A stretch of DNA of 64,000 nt from a virus. Numbering within the stretch: position 1 is the stretch's first letter; the number at the start of each line of letters is the position of its first letter. This document shows positions 42,752-53,193 of this stretch, in pieces. Made by a program: the position numbers and the translations under genes. The notes beneath the pieces are model-generated. The model had not been told where the DNA came from, searched no databases, and saw only the letters and a program-made list of their open reading frames with translations. The stretch covers positions 128,001-192,000 of the IMG/VR virus record IMGVR_UViG_3300045988_174371. One strand, given 5' to 3'.

Positions 42752-45475
42752 CTATTGCATATCGTCAAAGAACTTTCGTGCGTCTTGCAAGGCAACATTA
42801 TTATATTTCGGGTCACTAATGATGCTCTCTGCATGGCTAATCGCACTGGAGATAATGTGTCGATGCTTACTAAGGCGCAGGAACCTGTTGCGGGTGATGC
42901 CATGCTGGTTACTGGTAAGGACATCACCTTCACCGCGTGTCATAGTGTCTGCCTCAGCGATTGCGAAGCCGTCATCATGCGCCACGAGTGCTTCCATGCG
43001 CGCTTGAGCACTCGGGGTTTCTGCCGGGCTAACAAGCCAGCACTTAGCGTGCAGTTCATTGCGTCCAACACGCCCTCGGAGCTGGTGGAGAGAGGATGCA
43101 CCTAGACGCTCAGCACCCATAATGACGATTCGGGTCGCATTAGGAATGTCTACACCCACTTCTACGATGGTAGATGCTACGAGGACATCAGTTTCACCGT
43201 CGCGGAATGCGCGCATGGCTTCTTCCTGCTCTTTAGCCTTCATTTTGCCATGTAGCACCCCAATTCGAGCTTCGGTGAGCACATGAGTCAGGTCTTTCGC
43301 AAGTTCCTTCACGCTTGGCGCTTCAAGGTCGCTGTTCTCTTCAACTAGAGGGGCAACGATGAATGCCTGGTGTCCAGCTTTAATTTCCTTATGGAGGTCA
43401 TGCCAGACAGCGTGTTTGGGGTGGTTAAGTAGGTGGTCGTATTTCGCTTCCACCCACTCAGTTTCAACAGGCTTACGTCCAGCAGGTTTTTCCTTCATTT
43501 GAATAAAATCAACTTCGCCGTATTCAATCTGGGCGATGGTTCGAGGGATGGGGGTTGCGGTTGCCAGCAGGAAGTCTGGGGTGGCGTTATCCTTTCGGAT
43601 GCCCAATAGTCGTGAGCGCTGTTCAACGCCGAATTTCTGTTGCTCGTCAAAGCAGACAAACCCAAGGTCGTTAAATTCGGTAGCGTTCAAGAGTGTGTGG
43701 GTTCCGATGATGAGCTTTGCGGCACCTTCCTTAATGGATTTGGTGGTAGCGCTTCGCTCTGCCGCTTTCATAGAGCCAGACATGTACGTAGGCTCCAAGT
43801 CCACGTCTTTTAGCGCGGTCTGCGCGGCACTGTAAATTTGGCGTGCCAAGATTTCCGTGGGCGCTACAATTACCGCCTGCCTACCTGAGTCAATGGCTGT
43901 AAGGGCGGCTAGAATTTGGACAATGGTCTTTCCTGCACCCACATCTGCCGATAGAAGCGCATCCATAGGCTTACGCCCACTCATGCGCTTCTTAATGGTC
44001 TTGTACGCAGTCTGCTGGTCGCCAGTTAGCGTGTATGGAAGTGAATCGATAACCTTCTTCACGTAATCGGTCGCATCTCCCTTGTTCTGCACGCCCTTTG
44101 CATCTTTTCCCGCTACCTGCGAGTCTTTGATGAGAACCTGCATAAGTACTAGCTCATACCAGGCTAGAGACTCTACCGCTTTCTCAACGTCTTCCGGCTT
44201 AGTAGGGAAGTGTAGGTAGATTAGCGCCTCCTGTAGCGTGAGGATGCCTTCAGGTAGAGCTTCTTCCGTCCAGTACTCATTCTGCTTAATGCCTGGGTTG
44301 CCTTCTACGGTGAGGCGGGTCAGGGCTTCTCGAACAAGGTTAGAGATAATGTTCGTCATGATGCCGCGCGACGGAGACTGCGCATAAATGGGCACGTAGG
44401 GGTTATCCGTTGAGGAGACATCTAGCGTGTCGATAAAATCGGCAGTGAGGGTGAGCCCATTGTAGAACGTAACTTTACCGCCAACGATAACTTCAGTACC
44501 CACGGGGTACTTTTTCTCGCGCCACTGGTAGGGTCCCCAGAACGCAGTTTTAAGGCTACGCTCGGAGGTTTTGATGGTGCACCATGCGCCTTTATTCCCC
44601 TTCATAGGGTGCCAGTTACTTACTCTGCCTACGATGTAGGCGGTTTCGCCTGCATCAAGACCGTGGAGGGATGACACGGGGTTGCTGAGGTCAAGGTATC
44701 GACGCGGCATATTGTAGAGCACATCGAAAATGCTCTTGTACCCGAATCCTGCAAGGCTTTCAGCGAGCGTCTTACCCTTCTCACGCTTACTGTTCTGAGG
44801 TCGAGTGTCATACTTAGCGAAATGCAGTTCACTGATAGGAGTGTCTTTAAGGCTAAGGACTTCCCCGTCGAATGGCTCACCGATAGGCTCCACTAGGATG
44901 TTCGCTAGGGAGCGGGTGATGGCGATACCACGGTCGCCTGGGGTGTTACTCTGAATGAACTTGAATAGCTTGTTCATGGGGACGCGCCAGGTGTTGTCGT
45001 CCGCAGACTTCCAGCCACCTAGATGCCGCAGGTATTTAAACGTCTCATCATTCACACCCCAGGGGTTCAGGGGAGCGATTTTGAAGAAGCTTGCGCCATT
45101 CTTATTGCCTGTGGACGGCATGTAGTATGCGGCGGCTTTCCACGGCATCACGTTAAACAGCGCTTTCGAATCGCCTGTAAGTCGGATAGCGGGGATTGAT
45201 AGCGTGTAGCTCAGAAGCTCTGCCAGTGCGTGCATGGTCGGCGCGTGGGTCGCTGTAGTGGATAGCCTGATGATGCTTCCAGTGGTGGACACTTGCATAG
45301 TGTCGGGGGTGTAGGCGCGACGGTATAGGGCGCGTAGAAAATCCGCGCCCGTATAGTTGGTCTCTGAGGATGCGGTGAAGTGTATGTCTGACCCGTCTAC
45401 AACGACATAGACATCATAAGGTGCAAGTGTTGCAGGGTTTACGGCAGGTAGGTTCTTAGGAGATTCTGAGGTCAT
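42752..45475 (-). CDS. recG: RecG-like SF2 DNA helicase with long N-terminal extension (907 aa)
   Basis: Motif I SADVGAGKT, motif II FDEQQKFG, motif III ATATPIPRT. Also STIVEVGVDIPNATRIVIMGAERLGASSLHQLRGRVGR, as in RecG. Confidence 0.85.
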   Translation of the reverse strand: MTSESPKNLPAVNPATLAPYDVYVVVDGSDIHFTASSETNYTGADFLRALYRRAYTPDTMQVSTTGSIIRLSTTATHAPTMHALAELLSYTLSIPAIRLTGDSKALFNVMPWKAAAYYMPSTGNKNGASFFKIAPLNPWGVNDETFKYLRHLGGWKSADDNTWRVPMNKLFKFIQSNTPGDRGIAITRSLANILVEPIGEPFDGEVLSLKDTPISELHFAKYDTRPQNSKREKGKTLAESLAGFGYKSIFDVLYNMPRRYLDLSNPVSSLHGLDAGETAYIVGRVSNWHPMKGNKGAWCTIKTSERSLKTAFWGPYQWREKKYPVGTEVIVGGKVTFYNGLTLTADFIDTLDVSSTDNPYVPIYAQSPSRGIMTNIISNLVREALTRLTVEGNPGIKQNEYWTEEALPEGILTLQEALIYLHFPTKPEDVEKAVESLAWYELVLMQVLIKDSQVAGKDAKGVQNKGDATDYVKKVIDSLPYTLTGDQQTAYKTIKKRMSGRKPMDALLSADVGAGKTIVQILAALTAIDSGRQAVIVAPTEILARQIYSAAQTALKDVDLEPTYMSGSMKAAERSATTKSIKEGAAKLIIGTHTLLNATEFNDLGFVCFDEQQKFGVEQRSRLLGIRKDNATPDFLLATATPIPRTIAQIEYGEVDFIQMKEKPAGRKPVETEWVEAKYDHLLNHPKHAVWHDLHKEIKAGHQAFIVAPLVEENSDLEAPSVKELAKDLTHVLTEARIGVLHGKMKAKEQEEAMRAFRDGETDVLVASTIVEVGVDIPNATRIVIMGAERLGASSLHQLRGRVGRNELHAKCWLVSPAETPSAQARMEALVAHDDGFAIAEADTMTRGEGDVLTSNQHGITRNRFLRLSKHRHIISSAISHAESIISDPKYNNVALQDARKFFDDMQ

Positions 45476-45536
45476 AGCTTTTCGTTTCAGGTAGAGGGTA
45501 TTTTGTATTGCTGGTTATCCTATCTATTGTAGCAAA

Positions 45537-45583
45537 AATTGGGGGTAACAGCCAAGTTTCGTCATGGCTGTTACCCCCAATTT
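45537..45583 (-). terminator. hairpin terminator of 45594..46613
   Basis: aaattgggggtaacagcc pairs with ggctgttacccccaattt. Confidence 0.65.
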
Positions 45584-45593
45584 CAGGCGGGTT

Positions 45594-46613
45594 TTATGGG
45601 ATGAGGTTGTTGATAAGTTCAGCTACGCCAAATACGGTGGCTGGGGTGCTTGCGAGGGTGGTTGCGAGTGCTTCCACGATGTCCTCGGTCGCGGTTTCAT
45701 CCGTGATGGCTTCTACCCCAAGTACGGTTGCAAGGTTTCGCAGTGCGTCATCTTCGTATTTGAAGAGAAGCATTGTGTAGCGGACGGCGGCTTTAGTGCT
45801 GTCTGAGGTGTCCACAGTGGCAAGCTGTACTACCGTTTCCAGCAAGTCCTTAGTCTGTGCGGTGTCATTTACGATACCGCTAATGACTTCTGCAATGGAG
45901 CTGTCAGTATGGTTGCCAAGTAGCACCTTCAGCGATTCCATGTCGTCTTCGTTAAGCGGATGAATTGCCTCATAGAGGCTGATTACCAGCTCAACTGAAC
46001 TTGTGTCCATTGCGGCAGTTTGCGTGGCGCTAACAGCCTCATATGAGGTCTCAGAGGTGCCACGCGGAGCGCTCTCTACTTCAATTTTTGCCTCTTCCGC
46101 TTCTACCGCGTACTCGTCATAGCCTTCTTCCTCGAACTCTTCATCTTCGGGAACTTCGCTAGGCTCTTCAGAGGGCGACGTTACTTCCTCGTCTTCAAGC
46201 CCTTCTTCATCTGCCTCTTCAAACGGCTCAGGCGCACTGTAGCTGACTTCTTCGCCCTCTTCAACGAATCCAGGGTCGTACCCATATTCAATGGGAACTT
46301 CTTCGGGTGCTTCTTCCTGAACGGGTTCATCATCGTCATCTTCTTCCTCCTCATCGGGTTCCACTACGGCAGGTGCTACTGATGCGGTGTTCAGCTTGCT
46401 TTGTAGCGCCGCCAAAATTTCGTCTTGGCTTGCTTCCTGAGCAGGTTCAGCAGTTACGTCAGCAGAGGCAGTCTCGACGGGTTCTAGAAGCTCCTGCACC
46501 TCTTCAACCGCATCTTCAACAGAGGCTTCACTCTCCGCGTATGACCCCATGTTGTTGAATAGGGCTCCATAGCGTCCGGCGGGCTTATCGCCGCCAAATT
46601 TCATTCGTGGCAT
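45594..46613 (-). CDS. highly acidic protein (339 aa)
   Basis: Long E/D-rich central region. Confidence 0.6.
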   Translation of the reverse strand: MPRMKFGGDKPAGRYGALFNNMGSYAESEASVEDAVEEVQELLEPVETASADVTAEPAQEASQDEILAALQSKLNTASVAPAVVEPDEEEEDDDDEPVQEEAPEEVPIEYGYDPGFVEEGEEVSYSAPEPFEEADEEGLEDEEVTSPSEEPSEVPEDEEFEEEGYDEYAVEAEEAKIEVESAPRGTSETSYEAVSATQTAAMDTSSVELVISLYEAIHPLNEDDMESLKVLLGNHTDSSIAEVISGIVNDTAQTKDLLETVVQLATVDTSDSTKAAVRYTMLLFKYEDDALRNLATVLGVEAITDETATEDIVEALATTLASTPATVFGVAELINNLIP

Positions 46614-46629
46614 GGTTATGTGGCTCTCC

Positions 46630-47532
46630 TTAGTTGCTCATAGTGTTACGTAGGATACTATTTCCATAGCGTGACTCGATAGCTACAAGAATGTCGTGGA
46701 CTTTCTGCTCCAGCTCTGAAAGCTCCGCATGAGTTTTGTTGATTCGTTCCTGAGGGATGACTTCCAACGCTTCCTCTGCATCTGGCAGGGTGCTTGCCTT
46801 ACTGAGCGTAGTGTAAAGGTTTCGGAGGGTCGTTGCTTTGCGTTCTGTGACCTCTTCCAGCGCGTAGTCGTCTTCCTCGTCTAGCGAGTATTCGTATTCA
46901 GGCTCACTGCTGGGCTCTTCCATGCCCTCTACCGTGTACATGCCATGCTCAGCTTCGGCTTGGCGGATAATCTCGGTAGCGGCATCTTCGTACATCTGCT
47001 GTTCGGTTTCGAGCTTCTTCTGCTCTTCTGCCTTTTTAGCCTTTTCTGCTTCCTTCTGAGCGTTAATCTCTTCCAGCTTCTCATCTACGGTTTCGCGGAT
47101 GATTTCTTCGGCTTCTTCGGGGCTTTTACCGGCAGTTCGTTCAGCCACAACTGTAGCAACTTCCTCAATGACCTTCTTTAGGTCACGCGCCTGTGCCTGA
47201 GTGATGTGGATGTCCACGCCTTCGGGTGCGGCTTGGGTGATGCCTTCAATGACTGCGCCCTGTGTGACTAGTGCGTTGGCGGCGGAGCGAGAGATGCTGA
47301 AGTTCTTGTCGATGTAGTCTTTCCAGGTCTTAAACCCTTGTTTCTTGTAAACCTCGGTACTGTGAGCAATATATAGGAGTTTCCATAGCGCCTCTGAGGT
47401 TGCTGAGATGGCTTTGGTGAGTTTAGCTCCGTCGTCAGCGGTGAGCTCCTTCCCCTTGTAATAGAGCTCTACTGCGTCACTGTTTTCGCCGTTGCTGACG
47501 ACTTCAATTTCCTCGGTGGGCACTTCAACCAT
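46630..47532 (-). CDS. putative DNA-binding / coiled-coil protein (300 aa)
   Basis: HTH-like WKDYIDKNFSISRSAANALV plus an E/K-rich coiled coil. Possibly ParB/KorB-like (low certainty). Confidence 0.5.
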   Translation of the reverse strand: MVEVPTEEIEVVSNGENSDAVELYYKGKELTADDGAKLTKAISATSEALWKLLYIAHSTEVYKKQGFKTWKDYIDKNFSISRSAANALVTQGAVIEGITQAAPEGVDIHITQAQARDLKKVIEEVATVVAERTAGKSPEEAEEIIRETVDEKLEEINAQKEAEKAKKAEEQKKLETEQQMYEDAATEIIRQAEAEHGMYTVEGMEEPSSEPEYEYSLDEEDDYALEEVTERKATTLRNLYTTLSKASTLPDAEEALEVIPQERINKTHAELSELEQKVHDILVAIESRYGNSILRNTMSN

Positions 47533-47554
47533 GCGTCGTTCGTCCTTAGTGTGG

Positions 47555-48217
47555 TTAGCGGATATACATTTCTCCCATAGCAGGGAGGACGGCGTATAGG
47601 GCAGGCACCAAGAGGAATGGAGCTAGTGCGATAGGAATGAGCGGCACCTTGATAGGCTTCTTACTGGAGGTTAGAACCGCTGTGGTAATGGCTGTGACTA
47701 GGACGAAAACCATAGAGCCAATGAAGGCTGTTGATGCTTCCGGGTGTGCTATCTGTATGGGTGTGACACATGATACGGCGACGCATAGGGCTGTGGCATC
47801 TCCTGCCCACCAGCGGCGCGTTACGGCGGTTAGGACCAGTATTACGAGAGCCGCCGCCACAACCTGTGTATCGTTATTCATGGCGGCGGAGAGGACAAAT
47901 AGAGCCCACCCATACATAAGGTGTGGCTCGCTGGCTTTCCTGTACTGCAAATCCGTGTAGGACGCTTGTGTGTATACGTAGGTGAGCATCGTTGCTCCTG
48001 TCAATGCGACCACCTGACCTGAATACCAGGGGTGAGTGAGGAGCAGGACGCTGATAAGTGAGGCTATAACGACGGCGATAATGTGGCTTTGCACCCAGAC
48101 TTTGCGGGCGTGTCGCTTCGGTTTAACCCACTCCGGCGGCTGGGTTATTGCTATTGCACTCAAACAAAAAAGACACCAAGGGAAGATGATGGGTAGATAA
48201 GGGGTTATCTCATGCAT
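47555..48217 (-). CDS. polytopic membrane protein, prepilin-peptidase (A24/TadV)-like (220 aa)
   Basis: 6-7 TM helices. SYTDLQYRK and WWAGDATAL resemble the two catalytic Asp motifs. The start codon lies in the loop of the 48170-48236 hairpin. Confidence 0.45.
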   Translation of the reverse strand: MHEITPYLPIIFPWCLFCLSAIAITQPPEWVKPKRHARKVWVQSHIIAVVIASLISVLLLTHPWYSGQVVALTGATMLTYVYTQASYTDLQYRKASEPHLMYGWALFVLSAAMNNDTQVVAAALVILVLTAVTRRWWAGDATALCVAVSCVTPIQIAHPEASTAFIGSMVFVLVTAITTAVLTSSKKPIKVPLIPIALAPFLLVPALYAVLPAMGEMYIR

Positions 48218-48236
48218 CGTCTTCCCTTGGTGTCTT
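48170..48236 (-). terminator. 17-bp hairpin plus T-tract
   Basis: aagacaccaagggaaga pairs with tcttcccttggtgtctt, followed on the minus strand by TTTTTTGTTTG. Confidence 0.55.
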
Positions 48237-48255
48237 AGGTACTAGATGTACTTCT

Positions 48256-49482
48256 TTAGAGGTCTGCAACCTCGTGGCACTGGCACACTACGAAGAGTGA
48301 GCCGCCACCATCAGTAGAGGTGTGGATAGCCAAGTCCTTGATGTCTTCAATCTCGGAAATGGGCTGGAAACCGATAGTTGCAGTCCTGCTCGTCCTTGCG
48401 GTAACAAACTGGGTAAACGCTCGGTAGTCCACTCGGGCAGTAATACTCTTGGGGTTCTTGTCCTGGTTGGTTGCGGTCAGCTCGGTAACCCAGCCGCCTA
48501 GATTAACTAGGACTTTCCCAGTCTCCAGCATGTCAATGTCAGCTTCGGTTACGTCGCTATTGACGGAGGACATGGTGAGCAGGGTCTCTTTGAGGTTTAC
48601 CATGTCGATTTCAAGCTTGCGGGAAAGCTCGATAGCGCTTAGGTTCGTGAAGAAGCTTCGGAAGGACTTGATAGCTTCCGGCTTCACATCGCGGTCGGTA
48701 TAGAGTGCGATAGCGCCGGTGTTGGTATCCCGGAACCCGAAGGCGGTGAAGTTGCCGCTTTCGCCACGGATGAGCTCGGTGTGCTCGGCGGTGAAGTGGT
48801 GAAGTTCCGGGGTGATGGAGATGCCGGTTTTCAGGCTGTTGAACGCGAAGCGGCTTTCTTCGTCCATGTCTAGCTGACTGATGAACGGAGCAGTGTAGAT
48901 GAGCGCCACTGCGTTCATGGGCACACTCGCTGAGGTCATAACTTCCAGCTGGTTAGAGTCATTGAGCTTGAAGATGACATAGCGCCCGGATGGGTCGTCC
49001 CTATGGTTAATTGAACGCGCGATACGGATACCGTTGTTAATATTCTCGCTTGGGACGCTACCGATAGTGGAGATATTCGGCTTTGCGGAGCGTGAGAGCT
49101 TGGAAGTGTCGAGAATTGCGTTGTTTGCACCGGCGGTCATGCGGACAGACTGCACAGAGCCAGTGTCGCTTAGGGTGACGGTGATAGTGCAGGTCTTATC
49201 GGCGGTCTTCTCGATGTCTGCCAGTTTCAGTGCTTTACTGAGCTGGTCGGGGCTGTCAAGGTATACGGAGACCTTGCGGGGACCCTTGGTGCCTTCGCAG
49301 ATGATGGGGTGCTCACGGTAGCCGGGGATAAGCTCACCCATCTTGCTACTATGGCGAAACTCAGCCGTATTGTTTTCCGGGTCGATGGTGAGGGTTACAC
49401 TGGTAGCCTTCATGTCCAGAATCCATTTGAGGGCTACTGAGACGTTCTTAACGGTTGCGGTGAGTGAAATTTTCTGAGACAC
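48256..49482 (-). CDS. sliding-clamp (DnaN)-like protein (408 aa)
   Basis: Size and threefold segment pattern fit a clamp. RYVIFKLNDSNQLEVMTSAS resembles the clamp domain-II motif. Weak similarity, not searched. Confidence 0.45.
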   Translation of the reverse strand: MSQKISLTATVKNVSVALKWILDMKATSVTLTIDPENNTAEFRHSSKMGELIPGYREHPIICEGTKGPRKVSVYLDSPDQLSKALKLADIEKTADKTCTITVTLSDTGSVQSVRMTAGANNAILDTSKLSRSAKPNISTIGSVPSENINNGIRIARSINHRDDPSGRYVIFKLNDSNQLEVMTSASVPMNAVALIYTAPFISQLDMDEESRFAFNSLKTGISITPELHHFTAEHTELIRGESGNFTAFGFRDTNTGAIALYTDRDVKPEAIKSFRSFFTNLSAIELSRKLEIDMVNLKETLLTMSSVNSDVTEADIDMLETGKVLVNLGGWVTELTATNQDKNPKSITARVDYRAFTQFVTARTSRTATIGFQPISEIEDIKDLAIHTSTDGGGSLFVVCQCHEVADL

Positions 49483-49508
49483 TGGTCTGTCCTCCTATTG
49501 GTTAATAG

Positions 49509-50357
49509 CTATAGCCCAGCGAGGTACCTGTGGTTCGCTTGCTGGTCGGGTGTTGCGGAGCGGGCACCCCTGCGAGTGGGTGTTTTGCGTGGTGGTTCAA
49601 TAATGTTTCCCTCAAAGAGGGTTGCAATCATGGGCTGAACCTCACGCGGGAGTCGTTTGAGCCATAGTTCAAACGGTCTGGGTGAAACAAGGATGACAGC
49701 TGTCTCATTCTCCGCCCAATGCCTAAAGAGCATAGCTAGAGTAGCTGATTCGGTGGGGCTATATGCGTCCACATCGGCGGCAGAGAAAAGAACTACGTCG
49801 CTTTTAGTTGCACCAAGGTTGGCGTTCTCCTGAGTACCTGTAAAGCCTGAGCGGTTCTTGGTTAGAAGCTCGCTCTCATCTACCTTTACGAAGCGGGAGG
49901 CGATAAGTAGCCCTCGCGTAATGTATCGCATAACGACAGCCCATGCGTGTACGTTTGCGTCTACCATCACATCGGGGGTATGGATGAATAGGGGTACCCG
50001 TTTGTTGGGGTTTCTGTCGAGGGCTTCCATAAGTTTCTTAGCAAGCCCTGAAACGCCGGGGTTATCGCTGTTTGCCAGTAGGGGCATCTTGCTCTTGCCT
50101 CGGTAGAGCTTGGGGATAATCTCCGTCTCAAACTTACGCAGTGTTGCCTCAATAAGCTCTTGGTTATTCACCTCAATGCGTTTGCCGCCGCGCTCCCCCA
50201 TCTCAGTGACGACACTATTTAGCGCGTCATAGTCGATGGTGTTGTGCTTGTAGATGGGCTTCCCTAGAGCTTCGGGTTGCTGAGCTGAGTTCTTCAGCCC
50301 GGATGCCAGCGAGTCTGTCAGCTCTTGCAGGCTGAGTTTAGGTTTCCCAATCGCCAT
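49509..50357 (-). CDS. hypothetical protein, possibly a degenerate AAA+ loader-like protein (282 aa)
   Basis: NPGVSGLAKKL (degenerate P-loop) and VVLFSAADVD. Lies near dnaB. Confidence 0.45.
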   Translation of the reverse strand: MAIGKPKLSLQELTDSLASGLKNSAQQPEALGKPIYKHNTIDYDALNSVVTEMGERGGKRIEVNNQELIEATLRKFETEIIPKLYRGKSKMPLLANSDNPGVSGLAKKLMEALDRNPNKRVPLFIHTPDVMVDANVHAWAVVMRYITRGLLIASRFVKVDESELLTKNRSGFTGTQENANLGATKSDVVLFSAADVDAYSPTESATLAMLFRHWAENETAVILVSPRPFELWLKRLPREVQPMIATLFEGNIIEPPRKTPTRRGARSATPDQQANHRYLAGL

Positions 50358-50697
50358 ATGTCACCTCCCTCTCACGTTTCTTCAAGTAGTCGTCTTGGAA
50401 CTTCTTGTAGGTGTGTTCGGTGACGAGCACACCTTTTTCGTACATGCTTTTAAGGATAGCGCAAAAGTCTTCAGGATTCACCTCATTTTGAGGCAGTATT
50501 TCCTTTTCGAAGATACGAAATACCGTTCCGAAGACACGCCCATGCCCCCACCTGTTGAAGTATGCAGGATGCTCTGCTTGGGGTCTAATCCTATCCGCAT
50601 AGACGGTTTTGAAAATAGCTAGGCGCTGTTCAGGGGTACGATACTTAGGGTCATCCAGCTCTTTAATGGGCTGGTAATCCAAGCCGGGCACTAGCAT
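50338..50697 (-). CDS. hypothetical protein (119 aa)
   Basis: ORF in an operon, with a 20-nt overlap with the downstream gene. Confidence 0.55.
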   Translation of the reverse strand: MLVPGLDYQPIKELDDPKYRTPEQRLAIFKTVYADRIRPQAEHPAYFNRWGHGRVFGTVFRIFEKEILPQNEVNPEDFCAILKSMYEKGVLVTEHTYKKFQDDYLKKREREVTYGDWET

Positions 50698-50719
50698 TAC
50701 GTCGCTCCTTTCCTAATCG

Positions 50720-52156
50720 TTAGTAGTCGTTAATGCTGTATGACATTGACGGTTCGATAGCCGCCGGGTTAGCAATGTCTTCACGCCGCTGAGCCGCCAG
50801 AATCTCATTCATATCTTCAGCGAAGAAACAAATATTGAGAGCAGTATCTACAGGGATAGTGATGTCTGCGGGGCCTGAACGGTTCTTAAGGATGAGCATG
50901 TCGGTAGTGTCCGGCATTTCTTCACGGTCGCGGTGGAGCGCGATGAGGTGGTTAGCCGCCTGAAAGATAGCGTCAGAACCTCGGATGCTGGAAGCTGTGG
51001 GTGGCATCTCCCTTTCATTGGTTGTAGGACGTGCCAGCTGGCAGGTTGCCACGACGGGTACACCAAGCTCCATAGCTAGGAATTTCAGCTGATAGGTGAC
51101 GTAAGCCAAGTTATCCTGCGTAGTGCCGTTATCCTTGTCAGGCTTCACAATCTGGATGTAGTCTACAACGATAACATCTAGACCATCTTCGGACTCAGCC
51201 AGCTCTTTAGCTTTCTGGCTAATCTCCGCAACATTGATACCACTTTTCTCAACGGTGCGGAATTTCCAGTGCGAAATTTTAGGCTTGGCGGCATCAAAGA
51301 CTTCCTGCATTTGAGGGGTCAAGCCTTCTTCCTTATGGAAGTCAGGGCGGGGGATGCCGTACCTACATGAGAGGATGTTCTTCATAATTTCGGTGGAACC
51401 CATCTCGATTGAGAAGAACTGTACGCTGAGACCCGCCTCGCATAGTGGCGCGATGATGTTACAGCAGAACGTCGTCTTGCCGATTGCTGGTCGGGCGGCG
51501 ACCACCGTTAGGTTACCCGGCTGTAGACCGCCAATGTATTTGCTTAGACGAGGGAAGTTTCTAAGCGGGATACCTAGTTGCTTCTCCCCATTCTTAATGT
51601 CGTCCAGCTCTTTGGAGAGTTGTTCCATAATCTCTGCCGCCGTGTGGGTGTAATCATCCACGTTTGAGGAGTATGACACTCTGAGGTCTTGGAGCCCCTG
51701 AATAGCGTTCTCTGCGTAGTTCTGAAGTTCACTGTACGGCACAGATTCGACAGTGTTGTAGAAGCGGCTAGAGAACTCCTGCATCGCTGAATGGAACGCG
51801 GCGGCATTAAGCGTCTCATGGATGATAGAAATGTTGTTATGTTCGACAATCGCTTCTTCCCCCATGTCCACAAGGTGAGCGATGCCTTCTTCGCCACCAA
51901 CAGCTTTATACCCTTCAGCATCATTGTTCTGTAGCCAAAGAGCGATGTCTGAGCCTGTAGGGGGGTTTCCGCCATCCTCAAGAATCTGTTTAATCGCGGC
52001 ACTAATAGGCTTTAGGGAGGGCTCCTGTATGGCTTTGGGGTGAACAATGTTCACTAGTGCCCGCGCATGGTTCTCAGGGTCAGCTAGGGTGACTCCAATA
52101 ACCCAGTGCTGGAGCTCCACGTACCTTTTCTGTAGGTCATTACCTTGGCTACGCAT
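50720..52156 (-). CDS. dnaB: replicative DNA helicase DnaB (478 aa)
   Basis: GLQPGNLTVVAARPAIGKTTF, FSIEMGSTEI, VIVVDYIQIV, ATCQLAR, IRGSDAIFQAANHLIALHRD. Confidence 0.9.
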   Translation of the reverse strand: MRSQGNDLQKRYVELQHWVIGVTLADPENHARALVNIVHPKAIQEPSLKPISAAIKQILEDGGNPPTGSDIALWLQNNDAEGYKAVGGEEGIAHLVDMGEEAIVEHNNISIIHETLNAAAFHSAMQEFSSRFYNTVESVPYSELQNYAENAIQGLQDLRVSYSSNVDDYTHTAAEIMEQLSKELDDIKNGEKQLGIPLRNFPRLSKYIGGLQPGNLTVVAARPAIGKTTFCCNIIAPLCEAGLSVQFFSIEMGSTEIMKNILSCRYGIPRPDFHKEEGLTPQMQEVFDAAKPKISHWKFRTVEKSGINVAEISQKAKELAESEDGLDVIVVDYIQIVKPDKDNGTTQDNLAYVTYQLKFLAMELGVPVVATCQLARPTTNEREMPPTASSIRGSDAIFQAANHLIALHRDREEMPDTTDMLILKNRSGPADITIPVDTALNICFFAEDMNEILAAQRREDIANPAAIEPSMSYSINDY

Positions 52157-52242
52157 CTTATCCTTTAGCGGTCGGTCGTATCTTATCTAGCAGAGACAAG
52201 TCTAGCACATGACTTATGGTGCCATGTGCTAGATTTGGGGTA

Positions 52243-53175
52243 CTAATTTGGGAGCTCAATACTTGGCATTTCGAACCCGTTGCCGCCTTCTTCAGCTATC
52301 TTGTAGAGTTCATGTAGCTCTGCTACCGTGGTGACGTGACCAATTTCAATGCCTCCGTAGTTGTATCGGGAGGGGTTTGTGTACCAGTACCAGGGAAGCT
52401 TCTTGCCGTATTTCTTCGCGTACTTTCGCGTGTTCAAAAGTAGTAGGAGTTGTTGTGCGGCAAGCTGGGTGTTGTACCTGTGTTCTACCTCGGTGACGGA
52501 TGTTTCGAGGGGGTTTTCCTCGGCATCTAGCGTCTCGGGGAAGAAGATTGAGGCGAAGTCTCGGTATTTGACGGTATCCTCGGTGACGGGGCCGATAGCT
52601 TCAAGTACTCTGTTAATTGTGATGCGGAGCGCTTGAATGTCTTCAGTGTCCCCTCTACCATCCCAGGGGAGGTTCCTCCAAGTGTGGGGGGACAATGCCA
52701 TGAAGAGGTTATGTGCCGTGCAAGGGGGGTTCTTATCTGCGGGCAGGTCAGCCATATACTCCAGTACACTGATGGATTTCTTTGTGAGCTTCTTGAGCGC
52801 TCGGCGGGAATGTTTCAGCCTTTGGTGGAATAGTCTGCGGTCTGACTCTAGGATGTATTCGACAAGGTGGGTGTCGCCGTAGCTACCTACTGCGCCGTTG
52901 ATGAGCTTAACCTTGAACTGACGGGCGGGGGTATGGATAGGGAAGAGGTGGAGGATGGGTTGGATGTTATTGTCATCATCGAGTATCCAGTCGCCTTTTT
53001 CCAGGTCGCCTACGGTGACGACTTCGGTGGACTTATGAATCTCATACTTTTGGGGTAGCTTATTCAGCTCTTCCCAGGTGATGCGTGGCGGCTTACTTGC
53101 GTCGCTATTCTCTGTAGCGGAGGGCTCTTCAGGGGTGGCGGTAGTGGTGGTTGGGTTAGTGTTTTCGTGGCTCAT
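52243..53175 (-). CDS. hypothetical protein with a possible Hint-like N-terminal segment (310 aa)
   Basis: VTVGDLEKGDWILDDDNNIQPI...GDTHLV resembles intein/Hint blocks. Low certainty. Confidence 0.5.
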   Translation of the reverse strand: MSHENTNPTTTTATPEEPSATENSDASKPPRITWEELNKLPQKYEIHKSTEVVTVGDLEKGDWILDDDNNIQPILHLFPIHTPARQFKVKLINGAVGSYGDTHLVEYILESDRRLFHQRLKHSRRALKKLTKKSISVLEYMADLPADKNPPCTAHNLFMALSPHTWRNLPWDGRGDTEDIQALRITINRVLEAIGPVTEDTVKYRDFASIFFPETLDAEENPLETSVTEVEHRYNTQLAAQQLLLLLNTRKYAKKYGKKLPWYWYTNPSRYNYGGIEIGHVTTVAELHELYKIAEEGGNGFEMPSIELPN

Positions 53176-53193
53176 CGTGTGACTTCCCTGTGG

